Shown piece by piece: positions 1 through 10,171 of a stretch of 64,000 nucleotides of DNA. This DNA is from an uncultured archaeon (lineage in GTDB: Archaea; Asgardarchaeota; Thorarchaeia; Thorarchaeales; Thorarchaeaceae). The stretch covers positions 1-64,000 of the forward strand of contig CAZSWP010000015.1 in assembly GCA_964610875.1 (NCBI GenBank), read 5' to 3'. Numbering within the stretch: the first letter of the stretch is position 1; each line of letters opens with the position of its first letter. The position numbers and the translations under genes are program-made. The notes under the pieces were generated by a model. It did not search any database. It saw nothing but the letters and a program-made list of their open reading frames with translations, and was not told where the DNA came from.

Positions 1-94
1 TCACACTCCATAATCCTTTTATTCACTCTCAATTCGGACACACTGCCTCAGCACTTTCAGCTGAAAGACCAATTTACGAACAAGGTGAAGAATC

Positions 95-637
95 ATGGCA
101 AAGAGACCCGGACATTGTTACAGGGAAGCAGACAGGCCTCCATTTACTCGCAAGCGTTATATTCATCGTAGACCCGCCAGCAGGATAGTCAGTTTTGACA
201 TGGGTAATACGTCAGGTGAATTTGAGGTACAGATATCTCTAATGGGTCTTGAGCGATGCCAGATTCGACATCAGGCACTTGAAGCAGCACGTATCGCTAC
301 TAATCGTCATTTGACCAAGTACGTAGGCAGACGTAATTATCATCTCAGAGTGCGTGTCAAACCATATCATTACTTACGAGAGAATAAAATGATTGCCGGT
401 GCCGGCGCAGACCGTGTTCAGGATGGAATGCGTAGGGCATGGGGTAAAGTGATCGGTTCTGCTGCACGAGTCAATCCCAGACAGCCGCTGATTACAGTTC
501 GTTGTAACAGGGCTCATATTAAACAAGCAAGAGCTGCTCTCAAGAAAGCTGCTCCAAAATTACCAACTCCATGCAAGATAGTCTTCGATGAGATAGATCC
601 TGATTTGAAGCGGAAACTTGGTTATGGTATTGATTAG
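95..637 (+). CDS. rpl10e: 50S ribosomal protein uL16 (L10e)
   Basis: RP..CYR start, QIRHQALEAARI, LRENKM..GAGADRVQDGMRRAWGK motifs; AAGGTGA SD upstream. Confidence 0.97.
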   Translation: MAKRPGHCYREADRPPFTRKRYIHRRPASRIVSFDMGNTSGEFEVQISLMGLERCQIRHQALEAARIATNRHLTKYVGRRNYHLRVRVKPYHYLRENKMIAGAGADRVQDGMRRAWGKVIGSAARVNPRQPLITVRCNRAHIKQARAALKKAAPKLPTPCKIVFDEIDPDLKRKLGYGID

Positions 638-718
638 ATTCTAGAGCACCAACTTCGCGGAATTCCTTTGTACAAAAGAGTAGTATCTCTAAATATATTT
701 TCATTATTTTATTCTAGT

Positions 719-1480
719 CTATTCCTCAGGATTATCTATCAATGCTCGAATCTTACGAACAGTTCCTGCAAGAGTATGTATTTCCCTACCAGTGATAAAG
801 GCCCTTTGTATCAGATTGCGCATCACTTGTTTGGCTATAGGTTTACGAAAATCTTTGATTGTTGTGAGATCTATGAGTTCATCATAGAATTTTGCAACCA
901 CTTCCTTTTCATGAGGTGTAGCTGGGCGTATATCTGTTGAAGTTCTCTCAGGAGTTATTCCATAGTTCTTGTGTAACTCATAGAGAGTAACAGCAATTGC
1001 ATGACTCAGATTCATGCTTGGATAATTGTCAGACGTGGGAATCTTGAATGCAAGATCGCACATGGTTACTTCATCATTCGTCAATCCGTTTGATTCGCGT
1101 CCAAAGACCAGTGCCACATTGCCATTTCTTGACATCGGGTCTGGTAGCTCTTCCAATGGTACAACTGCCCGTGTGACACTATGATTACTACCTGAACGCG
1201 CGGTGGCCGCCCACGCATTCTCCACATCACTCAAGGCAGTACCCAGATCCTGAAAGATTTCTGCATTGTCCAAATTTTCCTGTGCGTTCACTGCAAAGAT
1301 TCTAGCAAATTGGTCATTCGTTGGATTATTACCTACTATTCTAAGTTTATCAACACCAAAATTTGCTAACACTCTAGCTGAGAATCCAATATTTCCTGGA
1401 TTTTCAGGTTCTACCACCACTACAATGACATTTGGAAGTCCAAGAATTTGGTCTTGTTCATCCTGATCAGTTGAAGTCAT
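719..1480 (-). CDS. trmJ: TrmJ/TrmH-family SPOUT RNA 2'-O-methyltransferase
   Basis: VEPENPGNIG, LVFGRESNGLTNDE, IPT..YPSMNLSHA motifs. Confidence 0.88.
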   Translation of the reverse strand: MTSTDQDEQDQILGLPNVIVVVVEPENPGNIGFSARVLANFGVDKLRIVGNNPTNDQFARIFAVNAQENLDNAEIFQDLGTALSDVENAWAATARSGSNHSVTRAVVPLEELPDPMSRNGNVALVFGRESNGLTNDEVTMCDLAFKIPTSDNYPSMNLSHAIAVTLYELHKNYGITPERTSTDIRPATPHEKEVVAKFYDELIDLTTIKDFRKPIAKQVMRNLIQRAFITGREIHTLAGTVRKIRALIDNPEE

Positions 1481-1496
1481 GTGATTACTCCTCTTA

Positions 1497-2672
1497 CTAT
1501 CTATGTGTGAGTTGGATTACATCTCCCTCTTGGAGTGGGTAATTCAGACCAACTGTGCGTCTCTGTATCTTGTCGTTCTCTCTTAGAATGACTGCCGCCT
1601 TGAATCTTTCAACAAAGAGCTCTTTGTGCACCTTTGCTGCAGCATCTTCAACTACTGAACCAATAGGGAGTACTATCGGCTTATCCTCCCTCTTTCTTCC
1701 TGGGATTTTTGTGTATATTCTGAGGATGTCGAGATGATCATAGAACGCCCAGCTCATTCCATCAAGATTTTCTTCCCTCTTTGCTGATGTTGGGATTATT
1801 TCAAATCTGTCTCCATATTTCTCCTCTAATTCTTGAAAACGTTCCTTAGAACCCTGTACATCTCCCTTTGTCGCCACTATTAGTGATCTTACATATGCTA
1901 CACTTGAATCCATGGCATCGATCATGTGCTGGAATGTTGCTTGTTTCTGGAACCTGACAATTATGTTTGTTATTCTTCGCCCTTTAAGATACTCGATCAC
2001 ATCTTCTTTCGTTCCTTCATAGTTATGGATTCCATAAATCATATGCCCTCCGAGACCAGTACGTTCTATTCTGACTACTGACTTCTCTCTATTCAAACGT
2101 ATACGTGCCCTATCAAGCTCTTTTAGAATAGTATGCATTTGCATATCAATGTCTTGTGACAAATCAATTACAAGTGCGATACAATCCGTATTCCTTGCAA
2201 CAGCAAGTGATTGTCTTCCAATACCTGAATCGTAGCTATCCTCGAAGACTCCGGGAAGCTCCACCAACTGGATGTTGATATCTTGTAATTCAAGCATGGC
2301 AGGCGTTGGTAATGGAGTTGTAAAGGGATAGTCTGCCACATCAAATTCCGCATTTGTTACAGCATTGATTAGACTTGATTTCCCACTATTTGTGACTCCA
2401 AGAAGACAAATTTGACCTGCACCTTCTTTTCTTACTACACCTTCTTCTTCTCCACCACGTCTTCTCGCACGTTCTTCTTCCTTTGTTTTTTCCAGTTTTG
2501 CTTTTAGCTGGGCTAGTTTTTTGCGATAGTCCATCACCATTCTCTCAGCACCCTTATGTTTGGGTGCAAGAGAGAGTAGTTTTTCCAGCTCTACTATCCG
2601 CTGCTCGAGGTCATCTGTATCCTCGTATATCTGCCGCTGCTTGTCAAATTCTGGGGTTACATTGGTTGGCAA
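1497..2672 (-). CDS. DRG/OBG-family GTPase with TGS domain
   Basis: MPTN start, PKHKG, GVTNSGKSS P-loop, YPFTT, C-terminal TGS (IYTK...VH...GDVIQ). Confidence 0.92.
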   Translation of the reverse strand: MPTNVTPEFDKQRQIYEDTDDLEQRIVELEKLLSLAPKHKGAERMVMDYRKKLAQLKAKLEKTKEEERARRRGGEEEGVVRKEGAGQICLLGVTNSGKSSLINAVTNAEFDVADYPFTTPLPTPAMLELQDINIQLVELPGVFEDSYDSGIGRQSLAVARNTDCIALVIDLSQDIDMQMHTILKELDRARIRLNREKSVVRIERTGLGGHMIYGIHNYEGTKEDVIEYLKGRRITNIIVRFQKQATFQHMIDAMDSSVAYVRSLIVATKGDVQGSKERFQELEEKYGDRFEIIPTSAKREENLDGMSWAFYDHLDILRIYTKIPGRKREDKPIVLPIGSVVEDAAAKVHKELFVERFKAAVILRENDKIQRRTVGLNYPLQEGDVIQLTHR

Positions 2673-2740
2673 AGCTGGTCCTCTATTATGTTATTCACAA
2701 ATATCTCATGAATGGATAGATTATGAAGATTTCTTCGTGT

Positions 2741-3307
2741 TCATTTTGATATATCTCTTTCATCAAACCAGTTATTCACATCTAAAATAAAGCGTTCAGG
2801 ATATTTTGGACGCGGTAGCTCGATAGCACCAGTTACCTCTAACGACTCTGATGTACTGTAGATAAAGAGTGACTTCTCTGAAATGTCTTGGTAATCTTTT
2901 TGAAGATAAGGAATTTTCCTTGAGAGGTAAATGCAATTTGGCTTCCACTCTTCTAGTAAATCCCCAACAGTTTTTTTCTCAAGGATTATATTGTTGGGCA
3001 TTTGCGTAGACTCTCCAACTGTTATATCCTTAAGTGATCTTTTAGCTTTTAGAAGAAAGAACGATATTGATCTCTCATCTGGTGATACTCTCTTTATTTT
3101 CGATGCAGGAAAAGAAATGACCTCAAAAATGGCATTTTTACGAATTGCTATGCTGATAATTACATCTCTTCGAAGATTTCCTGACAAGAATAAAGCTACA
3201 TTTACGCTCCTACATGCCATCACTACATCTTTTGAGCTCGTACCGCGTTTCACATCTGGTTCATTTAGATCTAGTTTCTCAAATAACACTAAGAACCTCC
3301 GAACCAT
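2741..3307 (-). CDS. TrmY-like (tRNA m1-psi54 methyltransferase family) SPOUT protein, divergent
   Basis: RRFLV start, CRSVNVALFLSGNLRRD, PDERS motifs; C-terminal knot poorly conserved. Confidence 0.65.
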   Translation of the reverse strand: MVRRFLVLFEKLDLNEPDVKRGTSSKDVVMACRSVNVALFLSGNLRRDVIISIAIRKNAIFEVISFPASKIKRVSPDERSISFFLLKAKRSLKDITVGESTQMPNNIILEKKTVGDLLEEWKPNCIYLSRKIPYLQKDYQDISEKSLFIYSTSESLEVTGAIELPRPKYPERFILDVNNWFDERDISK

Positions 3308-3329
3308 TGAGTAAATCGCTCCCGCTCCA

Positions 3330-4679
3330 CTACATGCCTGGAAGGCCTGGAATTGGAAGTCCGCCTCTACCTCTACGACGTGACTTGCCCATCTGTTTCA
3401 TCATTTTCTTCATAGCATCATATTGCTTGAGCAGTTCCCGTACATCCCTCTCTGATGTACCCGAACCTTTTGCTATCCTTTTAACTCTGGATGATTTAAT
3501 GACCTTAGGCTCATCTAGTTCTTTTTTGGTCATGGAATTCATGATGACCTCAAACTTCCTCAAGTTCTCCTCTTGCATTTCTGCCATATTATCTGGCAGT
3601 TTATACTTGAACCCTAACATCTCCATGACTTTTCCGAGTGGTCCCATTTTCTTCAACTGTTTTAGTTGTGCCATCATGTCTGTTAGTGTGAATTGCCCCT
3701 TCATGAGGCGCATTGCTGCATCCTCATCAACCTCGATTTGTGCTTCTTTGACCTTATCAATCAGTCCTTTGATATCAGCCATTCCTAATAATCGCCCAAC
3801 AAATTTGGTCGGGTTAAACGGCTCAATGGCATCCATTCCTTCACCAGTGCCTATGAACTTGATTGGAGCTCCTGTTGCTGCTACAGCTGATAGGGCACCT
3901 CCTCCTTTTGCACTGCCATCGAGTTTGGTGACCATTATTGAACCAATATCCGTTGCATCTCTGAATGCTTTTGCTTGAACTGCAGCTTGCTGACCTAATG
4001 TTCCATCGATAACAAGCACGATCTCTTGGGGCTTCACCGCTTTTGAGATATCTTTCATCTCCTTGATTAACCCCGTTTCTTCTCTATGCCTGCCTGAGGT
4101 ATCAAGAAGAATTAGTTCAATTCCTCGCTTTTTCATCTCATCATAGCCTTTCTTGGCTAGTTTGACGGCGTCTTTCTGTGCTTCATCACCATAAAATGGC
4201 ACATTGGATTGCTCTGCTAGTTGTTTTAGTTGGCTATAAGCACCTGGTCTGAAATTATCCGCACAAATAACACCCGTCTTTATTCCACGTTTCTGATAGT
4301 ATCGAGCTAGTTTGCCTATCGTCGTGGTCTTTCCTGAGCCTTGAATACCAATCATCATGACCAGATTTGGTTTACCTGGCTTGATTGTGAATGAAGCCGA
4401 TTTTTCACCCAAGAAGTATGCAAGAGTGTCCCAAACAACTTTGACAATATGTTCTCTACGGGATATCCCTCTGGGCAATGTTTCATCAAGTGCTTGTTCT
4501 TGTACTCTCTCTGTGATTGCCATGACTAAATTAACATCTACATCCGCCACTAGTAATGCTCTTTGAATATCGCGTACTAGCTCTTTGACGAGTTCTTCAT
4601 CAACTACACTTGCGCCAAATAATCGTTTGAGTGCGGAATTGAGAGATTTACCAAGACTTTCCAAGACCAACGTATTCAC
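3330..4679 (-). CDS. srp54: Signal recognition particle protein SRP54
   Basis: GIQGSGKTTT, DTSGRH, TKLDGSAKGGGALS, Met-rich M domain with RIAKGSG. Confidence 0.98.
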   Translation of the reverse strand: MNTLVLESLGKSLNSALKRLFGASVVDEELVKELVRDIQRALLVADVDVNLVMAITERVQEQALDETLPRGISRREHIVKVVWDTLAYFLGEKSASFTIKPGKPNLVMMIGIQGSGKTTTIGKLARYYQKRGIKTGVICADNFRPGAYSQLKQLAEQSNVPFYGDEAQKDAVKLAKKGYDEMKKRGIELILLDTSGRHREETGLIKEMKDISKAVKPQEIVLVIDGTLGQQAAVQAKAFRDATDIGSIMVTKLDGSAKGGGALSAVAATGAPIKFIGTGEGMDAIEPFNPTKFVGRLLGMADIKGLIDKVKEAQIEVDEDAAMRLMKGQFTLTDMMAQLKQLKKMGPLGKVMEMLGFKYKLPDNMAEMQEENLRKFEVIMNSMTKKELDEPKVIKSSRVKRIAKGSGTSERDVRELLKQYDAMKKMMKQMGKSRRRGRGGLPIPGLPGM

Positions 4680-4799
4680 CGTATCTAAAGCCTAGCTCTC
4701 AGCTCAACATATCAACCTTCGCCTACCAGCGAATATCTACGATGGGAAGTGCTAAAAACAGGTAATGTTGGAACGATGATTCAGAAACAGGTGATTTCG

Positions 4800-5285
4800 T
4801 TGAGTGACACAGAAAAGGTTTCAGGGGTCAGAATTGTAAAAATTCAGGATGGTACAGTGATAGATCATATTGCTGCAGGACATGCGTTAGATGTGCTCCA
4901 AATTCTGGGAATCACTGGGAAAGAGGGCAGCATTGTCACACTTGCAATGAACATTACAAGTAATCGTATTGGAACGAAAGACATTGTGAAACTTGAGAAT
5001 AGATTTCTTATGGAGTCAGAAGTAGCCAGAATCGCTCTTGTTGCTCCAGAGGCAACAATCAATACTATTCGCGACTCAAAAATTGAGAAGAAGAATCGTG
5101 TGGCACTGCCAGAAACCATCACAAATGTTATCATTTGTCCAAACGGAAGATGTGTGACCAATAAAGAACGTGAACCCATAACACCAAAATATGAGGTTCT
5201 TAACCAAAAGCCAATCAAAGTAAAGTGCAAATATTGTTGGACCATTATTGAAGAGGAAGATATAATCTCACAATTCACAGATTGA
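4800..5285 (+). CDS. pyrI: Aspartate carbamoyltransferase regulatory chain
   Basis: GTVIDHI, KDIVKLE, CPNGRCVT...CKYC Zn site; TTG at 4800 after AGGTGA preferred over ORF start 4749. Confidence 0.95.
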   Translation: MSDTEKVSGVRIVKIQDGTVIDHIAAGHALDVLQILGITGKEGSIVTLAMNITSNRIGTKDIVKLENRFLMESEVARIALVAPEATINTIRDSKIEKKNRVALPETITNVIICPNGRCVTNKEREPITPKYEVLNQKPIKVKCKYCWTIIEEEDIISQFTD

Positions 5286-5340
5286 TATCATAAGGCTGTT
5301 TGCAAATCCTTTTTAGCCCTATACTGGTTTTTGCTGGTTT

Positions 5341-5673
5341 GTGGGTCTAATGGTCAGTGAAAAGATTGCAGTTATTGGTGACCGGGACACAGTCACTGGA
5401 TTTCAAATGGTTGGTGTTAGTGAAGTTTCTGTCCCCAAAGACCCTGAAGAAACCCAAAGAGCCCTTCTGGATTATTTTCGAAATCCTCAGATGGGCTTGA
5501 TTATTATCACAGAACCTTTGGCAATGAAGGTTGAAGATACAATTCTCGAACTCTCTGAAGCCCCTGTACCAGTTATTCTCTTGATTCCTGATAGACTAGG
5601 TTCAACAGGTGCTTACGAGTCTGTTCTTAAAGAGCTCATTCGTCGTGCTGTAGGTATTGAGATTAAGATGTAG
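5341..5673 (+). CDS. atpF: A/V-type ATP synthase subunit F
   Basis: KIAVIGDRDTVTGF, IRRAVGI; directly upstream of subunit A. Confidence 0.93.
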   Translation: MGLMVSEKIAVIGDRDTVTGFQMVGVSEVSVPKDPEETQRALLDYFRNPQMGLIIITEPLAMKVEDTILELSEAPVPVILLIPDRLGSTGAYESVLKELIRRAVGIEIKM

Positions 5674-5694
5674 TCCGCAAAGGAGTAATTAGAA

Positions 5695-7497
5695 ATGACT
5701 GAATCAACTGGAAGAATTGAGAGTATTGCAGGACCTGTTGTTAGATGTTCTGGAATTCCAGCTGTGAGAATGTATGAAGTTGTACGTGTCGGTGATGACC
5801 AGCTTATAGGTGAAGTGATTGAAGTTCGAGATGACGAGTTTACTACTCAGGTCTATGAAGAGACCTCTGGTCTTGCACCAGGTGAACCAGTTGTGGCTAC
5901 CGGTGATGCTCTCTCTGTCGAACTTGGACCCGGTTTACTAGGTTCAATCTATGATGGAATTCAACGTCCACTCCCGGAATTGAGGGAATTGTCTGGCGAT
6001 TTCATTAGTAGAGGTCTGTCAGTTGATGGTCTTGATAAAGAAAAGAAATGGCTTTTCAAACCACTTGCTAAGGCCGGGGACAAAGTAGAACCAGGTGTTG
6101 TGATAGGGGAAGTACCGGAAACCGGAATCATCACATCAAAGATTCTCATTCCCATAGGAATCGAGGGAGAAATTACTGAAATCGTGTCTGAAGGCGAATA
6201 TACAGTCGTAGAAACAATATGCAAGGTGAAGGATGAACAAGGTGGCATTCATGACATTATTATGATGCAGAAGACCCCGGTACGAATCGGTAGGCCTTTC
6301 AAAGAACGCGTACAATTAGAGGTACCTCTAATTAGTGGACAACGGGTGATTGACACATTTATGCCTCAGGCAAAAGGTGGAACTGGTGCTATTCCAGGTG
6401 GCTTTGGTACCGGTAAGACTGTGACATTGCATCAATTTGCTAAGTGGGCTGATGCACAAGTAGTGGTTTACGTAGGTTGTGGAGAGCGTGGTAATGAGAT
6501 GACTGAAGCCTTGGAAGAGTGGCCCGAACTCAAGGACCCGAAGTCTGGGAGACCACTGATGGAACGCACAGTTCTCATTGCTAATACGTCCAATATGCCT
6601 GTGGCAGCAAGGGAAGCTTCAATTTATGTTGCTGTTACAATTGCAGAATATTTCAGAGATCAGGGATATGATGTCGCTCTTATGGCTGATTCAACTTCTA
6701 GATGGGCTGAAGCACTCCGTGAAATCTCTGGAAGACTCGGTCAGCTTCCTTCTGAGGAGGGTTACCCCGCTTATCTTGGCTCAAGACTCGCTCAGTTCTA
6801 TGAACGTGGTGGTCGAGTCGAAACATTAGGTCAAGATGAGCGAATTGGATCGATAACTCTATGTGGTGCAGTATCACCACCAGGTGGTGATTTTTCCGAA
6901 CCAGTGACTCAAGCAACCCTTCGAATTGTTAAGGTGTTCTGGGCACTGGACAAGGACCTTGCAGCACGAAGATTCTTTCCTGCAATTAACGTTCTTACAA
7001 GCTATTCTCTGTATCATAGCAATTTGCAGAAATGGCATCAAGAGCATCTTGGTGACGATTGGCCTGATTTAGTAAGAGAGGCTATGGCTTTGTTGCAGAA
7101 GGATCAAGAGCTCCGAGAGATAGTACAGCTTGTTGGACCTGATGCTCTACCAGAAACCGAGAGGGCAACTCTTGAAGCGGCGCGAATGATTAAGGAGGAC
7201 TTTCTTACTCAGAGTGCATTGCATGAGATTGATACTTACTGCCCAATCGAGAAGACCTATCGCATGTTAAGAATAATCATCAGTTTCTCAAAGAAAATGG
7301 CAGAAGCTGTGGGTATGGGTGTGAGTGTCAGACGTATTCTTGAATTCAGTTGTCTTGATAATATTGCCAGAATGAAGATTGCTCCATGGGATTCGTATGA
7401 AAAGACGATGGATGCAATAGAAAACAAGTTGGAAGCAGAATTCAAGGCTCTCTATAGAGAACTCTCAGAAACAGGAGTCATTCTATCTGGTATCTAA
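5695..7497 (+). CDS. atpA: A/V-type ATP synthase subunit A
   Basis: GGFGTGKT Walker A, GCGERGNE, DSTSRWAEALRE, EEGYPAYL; 600 aa, no intein. Confidence 0.98.
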   Translation: MTESTGRIESIAGPVVRCSGIPAVRMYEVVRVGDDQLIGEVIEVRDDEFTTQVYEETSGLAPGEPVVATGDALSVELGPGLLGSIYDGIQRPLPELRELSGDFISRGLSVDGLDKEKKWLFKPLAKAGDKVEPGVVIGEVPETGIITSKILIPIGIEGEITEIVSEGEYTVVETICKVKDEQGGIHDIIMMQKTPVRIGRPFKERVQLEVPLISGQRVIDTFMPQAKGGTGAIPGGFGTGKTVTLHQFAKWADAQVVVYVGCGERGNEMTEALEEWPELKDPKSGRPLMERTVLIANTSNMPVAAREASIYVAVTIAEYFRDQGYDVALMADSTSRWAEALREISGRLGQLPSEEGYPAYLGSRLAQFYERGGRVETLGQDERIGSITLCGAVSPPGGDFSEPVTQATLRIVKVFWALDKDLAARRFFPAINVLTSYSLYHSNLQKWHQEHLGDDWPDLVREAMALLQKDQELREIVQLVGPDALPETERATLEAARMIKEDFLTQSALHEIDTYCPIEKTYRMLRIIISFSKKMAEAVGMGVSVRRILEFSCLDNIARMKIAPWDSYEKTMDAIENKLEAEFKALYRELSETGVILSGI

Positions 7498-7563
7498 GAA
7501 TCAACAACCCAGAAGACATAGTAACGACGATGCTTTATAGCACTATACTCTTATTCATTTGAG

Positions 7564-8115
7564 ATGAACCGTAGAAAAGAGATAAAGGCTCTCCACTCGG
7601 AGATAAGAGACTGCACCAAGTGCCCTCTACACAAGACAAGGAAGAATGCAGTGCCAGGTGAGGGTCCCCTCAATCCACAATTGATGTTTGTCGGAGAAGC
7701 CCCTGGTGCAACAGAAGATGAAACAGGGCGACCATTTGTTGGTCGTTCTGGTGAGCTTCTTGTCCAACTCATTGAAGGAATTGGTTTCTCAAGAGAGGAT
7801 GTTTTCATAACGTCGATTCTAAAATCCCGTCCTCCAGAAAATAGAACTCCGAAGAAGTCTGAGAGGAATGCTTGTCTTCCCTATCTTGAGAAACAGATTG
7901 AGCTTGTGCAACCTCTGATAATAATACTACTCGGAGGTGTAGCTATCTCTACGATGATTGGTCCGTGCAAACTATCTGAAGCTCATGGACGTTTCTACGA
8001 AGCAGAGGGACAAACCTTCTTTATGACATATCATCCCGCTGCGGCATTGAGATTTCCTAAAACAAGAGATTTGATGAAAGAAGATTTTCAGACTCTAAAG
8101 GAAGAACTCGAATAA
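7564..8115 (+). CDS. udg: Uracil-DNA glycosylase family 4
   Basis: CTKC, VPGEG, FVGEAPG, PFVG, YHPAA motifs. Confidence 0.9.
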   Translation: MNRRKEIKALHSEIRDCTKCPLHKTRKNAVPGEGPLNPQLMFVGEAPGATEDETGRPFVGRSGELLVQLIEGIGFSREDVFITSILKSRPPENRTPKKSERNACLPYLEKQIELVQPLIIILLGGVAISTMIGPCKLSEAHGRFYEAEGQTFFMTYHPAAALRFPKTRDLMKEDFQTLKEELE

Positions 8116-8150
8116 GTGGTCATTATATTATCTATCGCATACTTCACTAT

Positions 8151-8669
8151 GTGAATCATATGTTCATATTGCCAATTCTCTTGCAGATAACTCCTCCTTT
8201 CGAGGGTCCAGGATTTGAGATGTGGCAAGACATCATGGAGAATCTTCTCAATCTCTTCTTCGTTTTCTCTCAGAAAGGGTATATTTTCCTACTCATACTG
8301 GGATTCATGGTATATGCTACAACCCTAAGCGATTCTTCTGCAAAGACACTCGTTGGTTTCTCTGTGTTCTTCTATTTTGTTGGTCCCTTGATTGTAGACC
8401 TTTTAGCTAACAGTGCAGGACTCTCAATCATGACTATTGACGAAGCCGCAATTATGTGGCTTCATACTTTTGGATTGACAGACTCGGAACTTCTGTATGT
8501 GGTACTAGCAATAGGCGATTTTGTAGCTGCAGTTGCTATACTCATAGGGGCAATCCTCTACTTCAATCCCACTTCAAATGATTTGAAATCAAAGGGGCAC
8601 TCTCTAATCGTCAGAGGCTTCATTCTTCTCCCTGTCCTTGCATTTGTATATCTAATACCATGGGCTTGA
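8151..8669 (+). CDS. Hypothetical multi-pass membrane protein (possible tandem pilin-like repeat)
   Basis: About 4 hydrophobic segments; C-terminal half resembles the protein at 59356-59616. Confidence 0.7.
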   Translation: MNHMFILPILLQITPPFEGPGFEMWQDIMENLLNLFFVFSQKGYIFLLILGFMVYATTLSDSSAKTLVGFSVFFYFVGPLIVDLLANSAGLSIMTIDEAAIMWLHTFGLTDSELLYVVLAIGDFVAAVAILIGAILYFNPTSNDLKSKGHSLIVRGFILLPVLAFVYLIPWA

Positions 8670-8767
8670 AACCGTTGTTATCCCTCCACAGATACACTTC
8701 GCAAGTCTTAAATCCGCATTACAGGTAGGCTCGTCTGAGGTTGAGTCATTAGCCCGGGACGGATTTT

Positions 8768-10171
8768 TTGATGTCTAAAGAATCGTCGATTATGTATCGT
8801 ACTGTATCTGATGTGAGTGGTCCTCTTCTGATTGTAGAGAACACTCATGACGTTGCGTATAACGAAGTTGTAAAAATCCGCGCTCCTAATGGCGACCTTC
8901 TCACTGGTACGGTTCTTGAAACTGGAAGAGGAAAAGCTGTCATTCAAGTATTTGAGGGTACAAGTGGTCTTGATGCCGATTTGACTGCAGTGCGATTCAC
9001 CGGCGAAACCATGAAACTTCCTGTTTCATCTGAGATCCTAGGCCGTGTCCTTGATGGTGCTGGAAAACCAATTGACAAAGGTCCAATTCCCACAGCAGAA
9101 GACCATTGGGATATTTATGGCTCCCCAATCAACCCCTACGCAAGGCAATACCCACGCCAACCAATACAAACCGGTCTGTCTGTCATAGATGGTCTTAACA
9201 CACTAGTAAGAGGACAAAAACTCCCTATTTTTTCCGGTTCAGGATTGCCACACAACCGAATTGCTGCACAGATTGTTAGACAGGCTAAAATTCCGGGTGA
9301 AGAGAGTGATTTTGCCATTGTATTTGGTGCAATGGGAATTACAGCAACTGAGGCACAGTATTTCATTAACTCCTTCGAAGAAACAGGAGCTTTAGAGCAT
9401 ACCACGTTATTTCTTAATCTTGCTAATGACCCTGCGATTGAACGTATTATCACACCTCGTGCTGCACTTACCGCAGCTGAGTATCTTGCATATGAATCAG
9501 AAATACACGTCCTAGTGATTCTCACTGATATGACAAACTATGCAGAAGCATTGCGAGAGATTAGTGCTGCCAGATCGGAGATTCCTGGCCGAAGGGGATA
9601 TCCTGGGTATCTCTATACCGACCTCAGCCTGATATACGAACGTGCAGGACGGATTAATGGCAGAAAAGGTACAATCACTCAAATGCCAATACTCTCTATG
9701 CCCCAGGATGATATGACTCATCCAATACCTGACCTCTCTGGATATATCACTGAAGGTCAAATGATTGTTGGAAGAGGCCTTCATCGAAGAGGAATCTATC
9801 CTCCAATAGACCCAGGTCCGTCACTTAGCAGGCTAATGAAAGAGGGAATTGGTGAAGGAATGACCCGCTTTGACCATAAAGAAATTCAAGCTCAACTATA
9901 CTACGCCTATTCAGAGGGACGTGACCTACGTGATCTTGTTGCTGTAGTGGGATCAGAGGCACTAACGGACCGTGATCAGAAATATCTCAAATTTGCAGAC
10001 CGCTTCGAGGAAGACTTCATCGGTCAAGGAGAATTTGAGGACCGGTCTTTTGATCAAACCTTAGATATTGGTTGGGAACTTCTGAGTGAATTTCCAGAGC
10101 GTGAATTGAAACGTTGTGATCCATCTACTATCCAATGGGCTAAGGAACGTGGTGCGTATCGTCCTGTCTAG
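8768..10171 (+). CDS. atpB: A/V-type ATP synthase subunit B
   Basis: [44 protein letters not shown]. Confidence 0.98.
   Translation: MMSKESSIMYRTVSDVSGPLLIVENTHDVAYNEVVKIRAPNGDLLTGTVLETGRGKAVIQVFEGTSGLDADLTAVRFTGETMKLPVSSEILGRVLDGAGKPIDKGPIPTAEDHWDIYGSPINPYARQYPRQPIQTGLSVIDGLNTLVRGQKLPIFSGSGLPHNRIAAQIVRQAKIPGEESDFAIVFGAMGITATEAQYFINSFEETGALEHTTLFLNLANDPAIERIITPRAALTAAEYLAYESEIHVLVILTDMTNYAEALREISAARSEIPGRRGYPGYLYTDLSLIYERAGRINGRKGTITQMPILSMPQDDMTHPIPDLSGYITEGQMIVGRGLHRRGIYPPIDPGPSLSRLMKEGIGEGMTRFDHKEIQAQLYYAYSEGRDLRDLVAVVGSEALTDRDQKYLKFADRFEEDFIGQGEFEDRSFDQTLDIGWELLSEFPERELKRCDPSTIQWAKERGAYRPV

Noticed and set aside
3214-3978. 254-aa plus-strand ORF
   Set aside because: Antisense shadow of SRP54; no recognisable motifs
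5695-7497. Intein in ATPase A (also considered for Cdc48, Hef, Topo VI)
   Set aside because: Lengths are normal and no splicing motifs were seen
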